DNA from: an uncultured bacterium
Lineage (GTDB): Bacteria > Bacillota_I > Bacilli_A > RFN20 > CAG-826
DNA length: 64,000 nucleotides
Reading direction: 5' to 3'
NCBI GenBank assembly: GCA_949297305.1
Contig: CASFSG010000018.1
Coordinates: forward strand, 4,901 to 68,900
Part shown: in pieces, positions 10,017 to 18,785 of the stretch
Numbering within the stretch: the stretch's first letter is position 1
Layout: the number at the start of each line of letters is the position of its first letter
Notes under the pieces: model-generated
What the model was told of the DNA's origin: nothing
The model's database searches: none
What the model saw: only the letters and a program-made list of their open reading frames with translations
Translations under genes and position numbers: made by a program

Positions 10017-12466
10017 TGTCAAAAAAAGCCCTGCCTTTATTATTAGCTTTACCATTTGTCATCTCGCTGGTGTCAATTTATGTCATCGACTATAATGTCA
10101 TCCAAGTGAGTGAAGATTTGACTGATATCCGTCTACCATATCAGCAAAACGCTGGATTTTTAATTAATACAAAACACGAATTAAATGCGACCCCACTAGG
10201 CAGTCAAAAGGCTCTTTCTGATTTAGGAAACGCTTTAATTTGGACTAGTAGCAACGAAGATATTGCGACTATTCTTCAAGAAGATGATAAATATTATTTA
10301 GTTGCTAACTTAGAAGGGGAAGCGACAATCAGCGTCTCAAATCTTCGTCAAACTATTTCGCGTTCCTTCAATGCAATTATTTATGATGATGGGGCAATTA
10401 TCATTAACCCTAAGGAAAATTATTCTAATGCGATGATCGATGATGTTCAATATTTTGGTGAATATGATTTTAATGGTGATTATAGTGGATCTATCGATAA
10501 AACATTAGGCTTAGATATCGAGGTTCTTCCTAGCGATTTAACCCCAAGCTTAATCGTCAAAGAAACTAGCATGAATATCGCCTATATGCAAGAGAGCATC
10601 TCCTTTGGTTTAATTCGTAATCCAGTTGAAGAAGCTTACATCACTTTTGCACTTGCCGGTTCAAAAATTGAATCCACCTATGAATTTAAAATCGTTAAAG
10701 ATGGTTATAACATCTATTCTTATAATGATTTGCTCCATGCGACGAATTATTCTATTAGTGGCGAAATTGCTGTTATGCAAGTTAATTTAGAATCATTAGA
10801 AAAAACTTATCAAGTCGATGAAGATGGTCGCTATCTTAACCAATTGCTAAACGAAGATACTTTATTATTTGGAAATTATGATTTCGCACAGAAAAAATTT
10901 AATTTTGCGAAGGAAATTTATCGCTATGAAACGACTTATAACGATAATTTTATTAGCGAATGGAATAAGAAATACCCCGATGAATTAAGCCGAATTGACA
11001 ATCGATTAAATGTGGGTATTCATGTTCAAAAATCATTTTACGGGAACGGTTTTATTATCAACGGGCACAATTTGACTTATCCTAGCGGTCGACAAATCAC
11101 TAGCGAGGGCGAAGCACCTTTATTAATGAAAGATGATTTGTTCCGTGGGCCATTACCTTTTGTCGCTTTAGGTAATCATAACTACTCATCTAATCTCATT
11201 ATCGAGGCTTATGGTCAAGATAATTCCTTAATTTATCTTGATGGTGACAATATTACCATCAACGATTTAAATATTCGCTCGTGCGATTTTGGTGATAATT
11301 TAAACAATTTAAATACGGTTGGGACTTGCATTGATGTTTTAGGTGATAATATCACGATTAAAAATAGTCAAATTCGCAACGCGAAAAATAATTTGCGAGT
11401 TTATTCCTCGAAGAATTTTCTTTTAGATAATTCGCTTTTAACGAACGCACGACAATTTTTATTAGCAATTGGGACGAATGAATTCGCCAAAATTGATCAT
11501 CAAAAAGAAATTAATATTCATTCTTTAGATAACAAGGTGATTAAAACGACGATTGATAATTATTTCGCTCGCGAAGGAATTGCAGATAATCTTCTAATGG
11601 TGATGGCTTCTTATGGTTTGATGGAAAATAATATCACTTATGATAATTTGATGGTTTATCTAAATGAATTAGATAGCTTATTAAACGATCAAGGCTATTT
11701 GGTGGAAGAAGATGGCTCTTTATATCGCTCAAGCGTCAATGTTAACGATACTTATTTTTACCAAAGCGGTATCGCTTCGATATCTTTAGAGACGATGTTT
11801 AATGGCCCATATATTTATAATAATGTTCCATCTTTAATTAATGATTTATTGGGTGGCGGTGGCTTATATCAAATGTTAGATATGCATCATCTTTCAGGTG
11901 TTAATTACCCTAGTGAATTAACTCTAGGTGGCAACACAAAATTTTATGATTATAAAGACATTGAAAATTTAGATGTTTCTTCAATCATTTCACAAAATAT
12001 TGTCAATGTCTTAAAGACTTTGTTTGGGGAAGAATTTGATGAAATGTTTGGAAATGTCGATGAAGTTAATGTCGATAACTTCTTCCCATATCGCTCGATC
12101 ATTAAAGAAAACGCCGATAAATTGAATTTTGCTACTTATGAGTTAGATGAAAATAGTGGTGAATTAAAGATGCATGTCAATACCCCTATCGTCTATTATG
12201 GCGGTGGTTTAAATTTATCAAAAGTGATTGATAATTCTATTTCTAGCAAGTACTTAAGTTCGACTTTTAATGTTGATATCGTCGAATATTCTTTGAATAA
12301 TTTAAGCGGGAATGTTGGCGAGATGTTATTTACCTTGCTCGCTAGATGTGTCCCGATTGCTATTGGCTTTCAGCCTTTTAAAGTGCAAGGCTATTTAGAT
12401 GGATATTTATATGGGGAGACCCCTTCAATAAACGATTTAAAAATAAATGCGGAGGAAAATTTATGA
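10016..12466 (+). CDS. Large N-terminally anchored surface protein with Ig-like (Big_2) and probable beta-helix region
   Basis: Hydrophobic N-terminus; WTSSNEDIATI...EGEATISV; NITIKNSQIRNA-type repeats; TGATG overlap suggests ATG 10016. Confidence 0.6.
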   Translation: MSKKALPLLLALPFVISLVSIYVIDYNVIQVSEDLTDIRLPYQQNAGFLINTKHELNATPLGSQKALSDLGNALIWTSSNEDIATILQEDDKYYLVANLEGEATISVSNLRQTISRSFNAIIYDDGAIIINPKENYSNAMIDDVQYFGEYDFNGDYSGSIDKTLGLDIEVLPSDLTPSLIVKETSMNIAYMQESISFGLIRNPVEEAYITFALAGSKIESTYEFKIVKDGYNIYSYNDLLHATNYSISGEIAVMQVNLESLEKTYQVDEDGRYLNQLLNEDTLLFGNYDFAQKKFNFAKEIYRYETTYNDNFISEWNKKYPDELSRIDNRLNVGIHVQKSFYGNGFIINGHNLTYPSGRQITSEGEAPLLMKDDLFRGPLPFVALGNHNYSSNLIIEAYGQDNSLIYLDGDNITINDLNIRSCDFGDNLNNLNTVGTCIDVLGDNITIKNSQIRNAKNNLRVYSSKNFLLDNSLLTNARQFLLAIGTNEFAKIDHQKEINIHSLDNKVIKTTIDNYFAREGIADNLLMVMASYGLMENNITYDNLMVYLNELDSLLNDQGYLVEEDGSLYRSSVNVNDTYFYQSGIASISLETMFNGPYIYNNVPSLINDLLGGGGLYQMLDMHHLSGVNYPSELTLGGNTKFYDYKDIENLDVSSIISQNIVNVLKTLFGEEFDEMFGNVDEVNVDNFFPYRSIIKENADKLNFATYELDENSGELKMHVNTPIVYYGGGLNLSKVIDNSISSKYLSSTFNVDIVEYSLNNLSGNVGEMLFTLLARCVPIAIGFQPFKVQGYLDGYLYGETPSINDLKINAEENL

Positions 12467-13548
12467 AAAAATTACGAACTTTAATGTTGAGTTTTTTAGC
12501 GTTGTTATCTTTAGGCACTTTATCTTTAACTAGTTGCAGTAGTTTTTTAAAAAGCGATGTTGTCATGATTGATGATATTATCGCTAGTTATGATAGCGAA
12601 GGTAATCTAGTTTTAACAATCACTTTCACCGATGATGCCGAAGAGCCAATTCAAGTGAAAGTTCCGCAAGGTAAAACGGGAAATGGTATTGCCAATATCA
12701 CCCATACACCTAGCGATAATAATTCGACCATTATCACGATTACTTATACTGATAGTTCAATTAGTCCAACGACATTTGAAGTTTTAAATGGTTCTTATAT
12801 TGTTTCAATTACTGAAAATATTGATCCAATTAGCGGCAACAATACAATTGAAGTTACCTTAAGTAATGGAGAAACATTTTCTTTTGTAGTTCCGCGCGGC
12901 GAACCAGGAAAAGATGGCGTGTCAATTACTGATATCACTAGCGAAGTTTTAGAAGATAAATCGACCATCATTACAATTACTTTATCAGAAGGCGATCCTG
13001 TTACAGTAACGATTCCTTCTCCGCTTGATGGTAAAGACGGTCGCGGGATTGATTATATTACGATGACAACTTCTACTGAAGGTGATGAATACATTTTAAC
13101 TATTTATTATGATCAAGGTGATTCGCAATCATTTAGTTTTGATAAACCTAATACTTGGCATAGCGGTAACACCAGCCCGCTTAATTCATTGGGTATCGAT
13201 GGCGACTTTTATTATTGGACGAGCCAATATCGCATTTATCAAAAGATTGCTGGGGAGTGGGTTTTAGTCGCAGATTTAGGTTCAACCCCCGAACTAGAAT
13301 CTTATGTCGTTTCTTTTGATTTAGTTAGCGAAGAAGCGGTGATGAATGGGAATATGGCTTATGAAATACCATATGGTCACTATTTCTATAGTGAAGGTTA
13401 TGATTTGCCGATTCCTTATTTAGCAAATTATAATTTCTTAGGGTGGTATACTTCTAAAGATGATAAACCGACAAGCGGCATCTTTACCGATACGACCCCA
13501 GTCTATCGCAATATGACTTTATACGCGCGTTGGGAGGAAATCATTTAA
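12463..13548 (+). CDS. Lipoprotein with GKDG-linked fibre-like repeats and C-terminal InlB-B/Flg_new repeat
   Basis: Lipobox LTSC; GKTGNGI, GKDGVSI, GKDGRGI repeats; LPIP..NYNFLGWY...MTLYARW. Confidence 0.72.
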   Translation: MKKLRTLMLSFLALLSLGTLSLTSCSSFLKSDVVMIDDIIASYDSEGNLVLTITFTDDAEEPIQVKVPQGKTGNGIANITHTPSDNNSTIITITYTDSSISPTTFEVLNGSYIVSITENIDPISGNNTIEVTLSNGETFSFVVPRGEPGKDGVSITDITSEVLEDKSTIITITLSEGDPVTVTIPSPLDGKDGRGIDYITMTTSTEGDEYILTIYYDQGDSQSFSFDKPNTWHSGNTSPLNSLGIDGDFYYWTSQYRIYQKIAGEWVLVADLGSTPELESYVVSFDLVSEEAVMNGNMAYEIPYGHYFYSEGYDLPIPYLANYNFLGWYTSKDDKPTSGIFTDTTPVYRNMTLYARWEEII

Positions 13549-13555
13549 AAAAGCA

Positions 13556-14239
13556 ATGAAATATAAGAAATCGCTTTTTATTGTCGCTACATTCTTTTCA
13601 TCTTTAGCCCTTTTAAGTGCAGGTTTTTCTGCTTTTACAATTATTAATAGCGAAGATGAAATTAGTGGTGAGATCTTAGCGGCGAATGTCTTAGCGGTTA
13701 ATTATGTCACTAGCGGCGACGATATCACTAATGGCATAAAAAGCTTTAAATATAACGAATATGGTTTTGAGCAAGAAACTACCTACAGTAATAAAACCTA
13801 CAAATATTGGTCGAAAACTGAAGACGTTAATTTAGGGTTATATTTTTACGTTAATTGTGCGCGAACATCAACTTTTAATATTTCCTTTAGTGTCAACTTT
13901 AAGCAGAATAACACCTCGTTAAATTTTATTAATTCTTATTATAAAAGTGATGATGGTTATGGTGCTGCTTGTTATGGTGATGGTAGTTTAACTAATTTAA
14001 CTAATAGTCAAAATCTTCTTAATAGCGCGACAACTATTAACGACAACTCATTAACGACAACATTTACCATCAATAATTTAGAACTAAACGCTCATAGTAA
14101 TTACTTTTTTGCTGTCAATTATACTTTTGGTAATTTTGTTAGTAGCGATTATTCGTCAGTAAAAAACTTTCTAGATTCAGGTAACATTTTTACTTTTTCT
14201 ATCAACGCGACAGCGAGTGAACTAGGAGGCAATAGTTAA
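13556..14239 (+). CDS. Secreted SipW-type signal peptide protein, putative minor subunit
   Basis: MKYKK...LLSAGFS-AFTI signal resembling the 2510 protein; no anchor. Confidence 0.6.
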   Translation: MKYKKSLFIVATFFSSLALLSAGFSAFTIINSEDEISGEILAANVLAVNYVTSGDDITNGIKSFKYNEYGFEQETTYSNKTYKYWSKTEDVNLGLYFYVNCARTSTFNISFSVNFKQNNTSLNFINSYYKSDDGYGAACYGDGSLTNLTNSQNLLNSATTINDNSLTTTFTINNLELNAHSNYFFAVNYTFGNFVSSDYSSVKNFLDSGNIFTFSINATASELGGNS

Positions 14240-14240
14240 A

Positions 14241-16535
14241 ATGAAATATCGCAAGACTGTTGCATCTTTAATCCTTTCCTCACTAGCTTTATCTTTAACA
14301 ATAAGCGGTTTAGGTACATGGGTAGTTTTAACTAACGAACGAACATTTAAACCCAATACTTCAAGCGATAAAGCTGTTTGTTATATCGAATCGACGGGAG
14401 TATATTATAACGATATTGAGCCAGCGATCGCTCGGGCAAATTATTTAGCAAATACTTTAGGCGGCGATCAAAGAATAGTTGTTATTCCTGATTCCATAGT
14501 GACTTTAAACGAATCGATGTCATTAAATGCGAATGTTGATTTATTGTTGCCATATAACACTTATTATGAGACGGATGTCGACCAATCGAGTGGTAATCGC
14601 ATTGAAATTAAAGATGGCACAATGACAGAAATTAGAGAAGAAAATGGCCGTTATATTGCTAAATATCTTTACTCTTATGGAAAGGACACTAGTGGAAATC
14701 CTAAATATCCTTATGATCCAGATAACAAATATAGTTTTGATGAGTTAGATGAATATGACGATTATAAAACAACATTTGCTGATAATTATTCAAACAACCT
14801 TTTATCATCTACTTTAATAATTGACAATAATGTGACTTTAACATTAAAAGAAAACTCACAATTAGTTGTATATGGCCAACTAGGACGCGTTGGTAATAAT
14901 TTAAGCGGTTTCACTAGTGGTTATTATTCACAAGTTATTTTGTTAGAAAACGCAAAAATTAATGTCAATGATGGGGCAATATTAGATTGTCGCGGTTATA
15001 TAAAGGAAGGTTATTCGGCAATTCCTAGTGATAAGAAGGACAACAATGGTAGTCAAATAATTAATCATGGAAAAGTTTATTCGCCATTTGTAATCTATGA
15101 TTATCCTGGTGGTAGTGCGACTATTGCTATTTACGCTGCCAGTCGAGAATGTCCATTTACGATGTATGATATGCCCAATATTCATCCTACGATTAATACA
15201 TATATCGATGGTGAAATTTATGGTATGGTGGATTTATATACTGGTTATGAAAAATTGGGTTTTGCGAATGTAGTTGAAATAACAACATATCCTCAGCATA
15301 ATGCTGCCACACTTTCAATTTTTAGTAGTGATACATCTATTGGACCGCTCTTAGCTATGGAAGACGACATAAGCGAAACAAGTGAGCCTAAAATTATTAG
15401 CAAATATCACCCTAATAAGTATTCAAATTTCAATAATATTTATATTGGAATTAATGAAGATTTGTCCTCTAGCGGCCGTAGTGAAATAAACCAAGATGGT
15501 GGCACTACATCGATAAAAGTTCAAACAAATTCATCGTTTAATTATTTATCTATCGGCTTACCTGTTTTAGGAAAAAATGTTGTTATTAAAACCGAAGGTG
15601 TTTATTTTCCGCTTCCGTGGCAATATGACATTACCTTCGATAATGTGACATTTAATGCTCGCGGTGACATTAAATTAATGCAAGGAAGTAAAGTAAGGTT
15701 TATTAATAACTCGAATGCTTCAATTTCGGAAAAACTTGTTTTATATAAACGATCAAATATTTTTACTGGTTATCCTTGCTCGCAATCTCCTGATGCCGAA
15801 CTTATCTTAAGTGATTCTAATCTAACTATTGCTTCTTCTAGTACATTTGGTGGCATGGTGTCGACAACCGGTGGTTCTTATATTACCGTTTTATCGAATT
15901 CTTTATCAACTAGTACAACTGAAACAAGTTCTGGCAAGCTCGATTCTAGTAAGCTGGGCTTTAATGGACCTACATTCGCGGTAGGAACTTGGTATCTTGG
16001 TTCTAGTTCATCGATTGATGGAATTATTGATGATTTAGGTGCACTTTGCACGATTAGTAATAAAACTGATATAAGCGGAATCGCAGCGCAGACGCGAATA
16101 AATAATGAAAACAATATTCAAAACCTAGTTTCTTTAAAAGAATATCAAAGTGATGCAAACACTGTGTTTTTTAATGAATACGATTTACCAACCATTAGTT
16201 TTAAGATTGTGACAAATAAGGATTTAGGTGAATTTTGGTTTGAAGGATGGAATCTTGTTTACGCTAAGTCGCATTTCACCATTAATGTCTATATTAATGA
16301 AGTTTCTAATACACCGTATTTCACACGATACATCACCGGTGAAGATGGAGTGGAACATGGTTTCACAATAATCGAAGATTCTTATATCGAAATTGTAGGT
16401 GATCAAGACATGGATTCTATTAAATCAATTTCTGGTTTGCCTGGTGTTTCTTATAACAATTTTACAACTGGTAAATTCAAAGTTAGCGATGGAGCTGAAA
16501 TTAAAATTACGGCACAAGTCGGCAATCAACATTAA
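14241..16535 (+). CDS. Large secreted SipW-type signal peptide protein, putative tip adhesin
   Basis: MKYRK...TISGLG-TWVV signal; beta-rich; no C-terminal anchor. Confidence 0.55.
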   Translation: MKYRKTVASLILSSLALSLTISGLGTWVVLTNERTFKPNTSSDKAVCYIESTGVYYNDIEPAIARANYLANTLGGDQRIVVIPDSIVTLNESMSLNANVDLLLPYNTYYETDVDQSSGNRIEIKDGTMTEIREENGRYIAKYLYSYGKDTSGNPKYPYDPDNKYSFDELDEYDDYKTTFADNYSNNLLSSTLIIDNNVTLTLKENSQLVVYGQLGRVGNNLSGFTSGYYSQVILLENAKINVNDGAILDCRGYIKEGYSAIPSDKKDNNGSQIINHGKVYSPFVIYDYPGGSATIAIYAASRECPFTMYDMPNIHPTINTYIDGEIYGMVDLYTGYEKLGFANVVEITTYPQHNAATLSIFSSDTSIGPLLAMEDDISETSEPKIISKYHPNKYSNFNNIYIGINEDLSSSGRSEINQDGGTTSIKVQTNSSFNYLSIGLPVLGKNVVIKTEGVYFPLPWQYDITFDNVTFNARGDIKLMQGSKVRFINNSNASISEKLVLYKRSNIFTGYPCSQSPDAELILSDSNLTIASSSTFGGMVSTTGGSYITVLSNSLSTSTTETSSGKLDSSKLGFNGPTFAVGTWYLGSSSSIDGIIDDLGALCTISNKTDISGIAAQTRINNENNIQNLVSLKEYQSDANTVFFNEYDLPTISFKIVTNKDLGEFWFEGWNLVYAKSHFTINVYINEVSNTPYFTRYITGEDGVEHGFTIIEDSYIEIVGDQDMDSIKSISGLPGVSYNNFTTGKFKVSDGAEIKITAQVGNQH

Positions 16536-16573
16536 ACTAAGTTGCTTATATTAAAAAATATTTAATCGTCTTT

Positions 16574-16599
16574 TACATAAATATGTATATAATTATGTA
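16574..16599 (+). promoter_or_regulatory. Tandem palindromes over the nadE -10 box (putative operator)
   Basis: TACATA-AA-TATGTA (16574-16587) and TATATA-AT-TATGTA (16586-16599) cover TATAAT (16588-16593) and abut the AGGAGG RBS. Confidence 0.55.
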
Positions 16600-16612
16600 G
16601 GAGGCTTTTATT

Positions 16613-18721
16613 ATGAAAATAATTCCTATTAAAGATTTAAGAGATACTAAAAAAATCGTTGAATTAACCCATGCATCATCGCCTATTTTTGTTACTAAGA
16701 ACGGCTATGAAGATTTAGTTATTTTAACTCACAATGATTACCAGCAATTATTAAAGAAAAGTGTTATTGATGTTAAAAAGAATAATCTATCTTTAAATAA
16801 CAATATTATTCCTCTTAAAAATCCAAATGAACATTATGGATTTATTAAAGTTGGAGCGGCTAATTTTTTGGGGGATGTCGCGAATGTTGAATATAATTAT
16901 CAAGAAATTATTAAGCTCATAATAGAAGCTAATAATCGTAAAATACAAGTCTTAGTGTTCCCTGAATTATCGTTAACTTCATATACTGCTAACGATATGT
17001 TTTTTCATGACGATTTATATCAAGAAAACATTAAGTATCTTTTGAAAATCAAAGAATTTAGTAAAGATTACAATATGCTAATTGTGATTGGGTCTTACTT
17101 AAGAAAAGATAATTATTTATATGATGTAGCGATTGCATATTTTAAAGGCGAGATATTGGGTGTTGTGCCTAAATCTAATCTTTCTTTTTATGAGCAGAGG
17201 TATTTTGAGTCTTCGCCATCTAATAATGATGAAATTACAATTGGAGATCGAAACTATCCTTTTGGCACTAAATTAATTTTTGTTGATCAATATTGTTTAG
17301 ATTTAAAAATTGCGATTGAGTTAGGTAACGATTTATTTAGCAATCTTTCTCCTTCAGAGTTTCATTCCTCTTATGGTGCGACTATCATTTTAAATTTAAG
17401 TGCGAAAGAGGAAACTATTAACGAAGAACAAAGAAGAAGAGAAATAATTAAAACAATTTCCTACAAAGAAAATAGTGCCTATATTTATTGTTCTGCTAGT
17501 TATATGGAAAGTACGACGGACGCTCTTTATAGTGGCCATTCCCTCATTTGTGAAAATGGTTTGCTTTTAAAAGAAAATGAATTATTTAGCGCAGGTTTGC
17601 TCGATAGCGACATCGATCTTCAAACTTTAATTAATGCCCGACATAAAAACGACTTTGTTAATCTTTCATCTGATAACGAATATATGTATATTCCTTTTAA
17701 AATGGAAATAAATCAGCCTGATTTGACTAGAAAAATATCGCAAAACCCATTTATTTTATCTTTTTTTGATAGTGGGAAAAAGAATTATCAAACCATTATA
17801 AAGATGCAATCTTATAGTTTATTAAAAAGGTTTAAAAGCGCTAGGGCAAAGAAATTAATCGTTGGCTTAAGTGGTGGTTTAGACTCCACTTTAGCGTTTT
17901 TAGTTTCCTTAGAAACATTAAAATTATTAGATTTAGATAGCAAACATTTAATTGCTATTTCCTTACCTTCTTTTGGTACTTCTAAACGAACCTACTCTAA
18001 TGCGGAGAAACTCGCAAAAAGGATGAATGTTGATTATCGCGAAATCAATATTTCAGAGACGATTAAATCGCATTTTAATGATATAAATCATCGCATCGAT
18101 AACCATAATGCATGCTATGAAAACGCACAAGCTCGTGAAAGAACGCAAGTTTTACTCGATATTGCTAATGATGAAAATGCCTTGATGGTTGGTACTGGCG
18201 ATTTAAGCGAATTGTGTTTAGGGTGGTGTACATATAACGGCGATCATATGTGTAATTATGGCGTTAATGGCTCTTTACCCAAAACGGTTATCCGCGAAAT
18301 AGTGCGTTTATATGCTTTAGACCATCAAGAAATTAAAGATGTCCTTTTAGATATTGTGCTTACACCTATTTCGCCAGAATTGCTTCCTCCTAAAGAAGGT
18401 CAAATTGCTCAAAAAACTGAAGATAGTGTCGGGCCTTATGAACTTCACGATTTCTTTATTTATTATTTCTTAAAAGAGCATTTTTCGATGAAAAAAATAC
18501 TCTATTTAGCTAAAATTGCTTTTCGCGATAAATACGATGAAGAAACAATTAAAAAATGGTTGACTATTTTTATTAAAAGATTTTTTGCAAGCCAATTTAA
18601 AAGATCTTGCTCGGTCGATGGAATTAGAATTGGCGAAGTCGATGTCTCTCCGCGCGCTGGCTTAAGGATGAGCAGCGACACATCTTGTCAAACATTTATC
18701 GATGAGCTAGAAAAAGAATAA
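16613..18721 (+). CDS. nadE: NAD+ synthetase (two-domain type) with N-terminal Phd/YefM-like domain
   Basis: SGGLDST, ENAQARERT, GTGDLSE, QFKRSC synthetase motifs; nitrilase-like domain FPEL/VPK; N-terminal IIPIKDLRDT...PIFVTKNGY. Confidence 0.93.
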   Translation: MKIIPIKDLRDTKKIVELTHASSPIFVTKNGYEDLVILTHNDYQQLLKKSVIDVKKNNLSLNNNIIPLKNPNEHYGFIKVGAANFLGDVANVEYNYQEIIKLIIEANNRKIQVLVFPELSLTSYTANDMFFHDDLYQENIKYLLKIKEFSKDYNMLIVIGSYLRKDNYLYDVAIAYFKGEILGVVPKSNLSFYEQRYFESSPSNNDEITIGDRNYPFGTKLIFVDQYCLDLKIAIELGNDLFSNLSPSEFHSSYGATIILNLSAKEETINEEQRRREIIKTISYKENSAYIYCSASYMESTTDALYSGHSLICENGLLLKENELFSAGLLDSDIDLQTLINARHKNDFVNLSSDNEYMYIPFKMEINQPDLTRKISQNPFILSFFDSGKKNYQTIIKMQSYSLLKRFKSARAKKLIVGLSGGLDSTLAFLVSLETLKLLDLDSKHLIAISLPSFGTSKRTYSNAEKLAKRMNVDYREINISETIKSHFNDINHRIDNHNACYENAQARERTQVLLDIANDENALMVGTGDLSELCLGWCTYNGDHMCNYGVNGSLPKTVIREIVRLYALDHQEIKDVLLDIVLTPISPELLPPKEGQIAQKTEDSVGPYELHDFFIYYFLKEHFSMKKILYLAKIAFRDKYDEETIKKWLTIFIKRFFASQFKRSCSVDGIRIGEVDVSPRAGLRMSSDTSCQTFIDELEKE

Positions 18722-18785
18722 GCACTAAGTGCTTTTAAATAATTTCTTGCTATTTTTAATAATTTTATTTATATTATTTGTCGAT

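Noticed and set aside
16613..16760. Intact toxin-antitoxin module
   Set aside because: No adjacent toxin ORF; the antitoxin-like segment is fused in frame to nadE.
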